Translations under genes and position numbers: made by a program
In this document: in pieces, positions 61,556 through 64,000 of the stretch
How the letters are laid out: every line of letters begins with the position of its first letter
How positions within the stretch are numbered: the first letter of the stretch is position 1
Assembly (NCBI GenBank): GCA_012295275.1
Contig: CM022668.1
Location: 9,486,001 to 9,550,000, forward strand
Direction of reading: 5' to 3'
Source of the DNA: Chrysomallon squamiferum
Lineage: Eukaryota; Animalia; Mollusca
DNA length: 64,000 bases
The notes under the pieces: generated by a model
The model's input: the letters and a program-made list of their open reading frames with translations, nothing else
What the model was told of the DNA's origin: nothing
The model's database searches: none

Positions 61556-62479
61556 GACAGATACACAATGAACAATGAGGCTCTGGCGTACAAAAAAAAA
61601 AGATGAAAGAAACTGAATTAAAATAAAATAATAACACACGTCAATACCGAAACACAGAACTGAATGACAGTCACTCCAACACCATTCACATCCTGACAAC
61701 CAGCAGAACATTTCATAATCACAACAAAAAAAAAAAAAACCCCAAAAACAACAACAACAACAACAAAATTAAACAATTTTTTTTTCTTCTTTCTGTATTC
61801 ATCTTAGACACCCTCCCCTTCTTCACTCCCTTTCCCCAACGCTTCTGATACAAAATTCATCGACTACCCTGGCCCTCCAGGGACGGGGTTCGAACTCTCT
61901 AGCCTGTGAGTCATGCATCTTTTCTCGATCTATCGTCCATTAACGAGTTTATTAATTCCGAGCACTGCAGCGTGACGGGTCGCCAGGGAAATTAAAACAA
62001 ATGTGCTGTGCAATATTTATCTGTGCTCCACTCAGAGGCAACGCCAGGCCAGAGTAAACAATGATTATTTTACGTCGGCGACAACGGCACATTTCACGTC
62101 GTCGTTGTCTCGTTGACGTCGTGATGCATGGGACGTTAGCGGCAGTTTTACACGTCAGCCACGTTTGCGACGTCAGATAGCGCGCTACGTGGTCAACATA
62201 CAGGAATCTTCATACAGCGTGAATGTGTGAACGGTAACAACGACATACACAACGCCAGCATCTCCAGTTTTGATCTTCATTGTGCTGTGAACCGTGGTCA
62301 ACGCACACAAGTCTTTTAACAGTTACTTCACAAACGTCATCAGCGACGTGTCCTATATCACTGATGCTGTACGTCAACCACAACAACATAGATATTTCAG
62401 ATGCATCATAGCTCAGCAACTACGTACACGACACCATGTGGCACATCATTAAAACAAATGTTAACGACGTTATAAACGA

Positions 62480-63080
62480 CAGGACCTTATCGTACTCTGA
62501 TATAAAATACAACATATTCTAAAATGGACCATATCTCACTGTGATATAAACTATGAGATATTCTAGAATGGACCATATCTCACTGTGATATAAACTGCAA
62601 CATATTCTAAAATGGACCATATCTCACTGTGATATAAACTGCAACATATTCTAAAATGGACCATATCTCACTGTGATATAAACTGCAACATATTCTAAAA
62701 TGGACCATATCTCACTGTGATATAAACTGCAACATATTCTAGAATGGACCATATCTCACTGTGATATAAACTGCAACATATTCTAGAATGGACCATATCT
62801 CACTGTGATATAAACTATGAGATATTCTAGAATGGACCATATCTCACTGTGATATAAACTGCAACATATTCTAAAATGGACCATATCTCACTGTGATATA
62901 AACTGCAACATATTCTAAAATGGACCATATCTCACTGTGATATAAACTACAAAATATTCTAGAATGGACCATATCTCACTGTGATATAAACTGCAACATA
63001 TTCTAGAATGGACCATATCTCACTGTGATATAAACTACAACATATTCTAGAATGGACCATATCCCACTGTGATATAAACC
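62480..63080. repeat. 44-bp minisatellite, about 13 near-identical copies
   Basis: Unit catattctaaaatggaccatatctcactgtgatataaactgcaa. Confidence 0.93.
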
Positions 63081-63487
63081 ACAAGATAATAGGTACCAGT
63101 TCCCCAGCATGATACTGGAGAAAGAAGCACGCAATGAACTGCATACAATACATCCGATTAATACACGGGTCATGTCTTATATATTACAGCATCGCAGTTA
63201 ATCAGTTTTATGTGGCTCTTGCAGACGGCAAAATACACTTTCATTAAGCCATGGTTTCAACAACGACAGCAAAAGGAATAAAAGACAGCAGCAGCAGTAG
63301 CAACGTATAAATTACGTATGTATATGTGTGTACGTGCATATACATATAAATACACACACACACACATAAACCTAAACAAACACAAACACACACACACTCG
63401 CATACAAACACAGTACTTTTCAACTGAATATACAAATGGTTTATTTATTTGACAAATTTTGGGGTCTAAAAATATTACATACAAACA

Positions 63488-63562
<75 letters not shown>

Positions 63563-64000
63563 AGAGAGACACATTCGTCATTCTCCTTCATATTTTACAG
63601 AAACTTTAGACGAAATATTCTCTTCATCTTGAAATCGTTTCCTCCACTTTGGTCGTTCCTGTTTCATCAATACCGATAATAACAGAAAATAACTACATAA
63701 TCGTTTCGCCCATAAATAACCGCTAAAGTTTATAATAACAGCTTTTGGACGGCCCATTGCTGCCGGACACGATATTTAGTTCGATCCAGCTTAGTAAAGG
63801 AAATGCGACATGAAACATTGCTGCTTATCACGGTATGTAGCTCTGTCCGTGTAGGTACTGCATGGTACGCACGGTTCTGAACGGTAGTGCACGGTAAGTC
63901 ATTACAGTTAATGCACTACATGTAATTAAGGAGTAGATTTAAAAAATATATATAACAACAGCAGCATCATCAATAAGAACAAAAAAAAAAAAAAAAAAAA

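Noticed and set aside
61865-61915. B-box-like GAGTTCGAACCCC on minus (tRNA or SINE)
   Set aside because: No A-box or cloverleaf discernible; at most a SINE remnant.
62210-62419. Cys-rich 69-aa minus ORF in a CpG-rich segment
   Set aside because: Non-ATG start, no domain pattern, no convincing splice signals.

Overview
AT-rich, microsatellite-laden genomic DNA from an invertebrate animal (mollusc-like by inference only); most of the ORF track is simple-repeat noise. By hand I reconstructed three intact genes: a 16-coding-exon mitochondrial glycerol-3-phosphate dehydrogenase GPD2 (minus, 29540->14182, 726 aa, all phases consistent), a single-coding-exon ankyrin+SOCS-box gene (plus, 32120-33007) and a 4-exon SEC61B (minus, 37074->34669, 95 aa) that the ORF track misses. 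There is also a decayed L1/Tx1-type LINE fragment, a Tigger/pogo-like MITE, and three candidate alternative first coding exons (47.5, 51.0, 56.7 kb) of a gene whose body seems to lie beyond the window, set in E-box/D-box/CRE-rich DNA. The main unexplained signal is that the minisatellites in GPD2 and SEC61B introns are anchored at exon-intron junctions. Most are tandem copies of the exon's own end plus its splice donor or acceptor, which creates arrays of up to about 17 decoy splice sites, with unrelated units of different ages at a dozen or more junctions.
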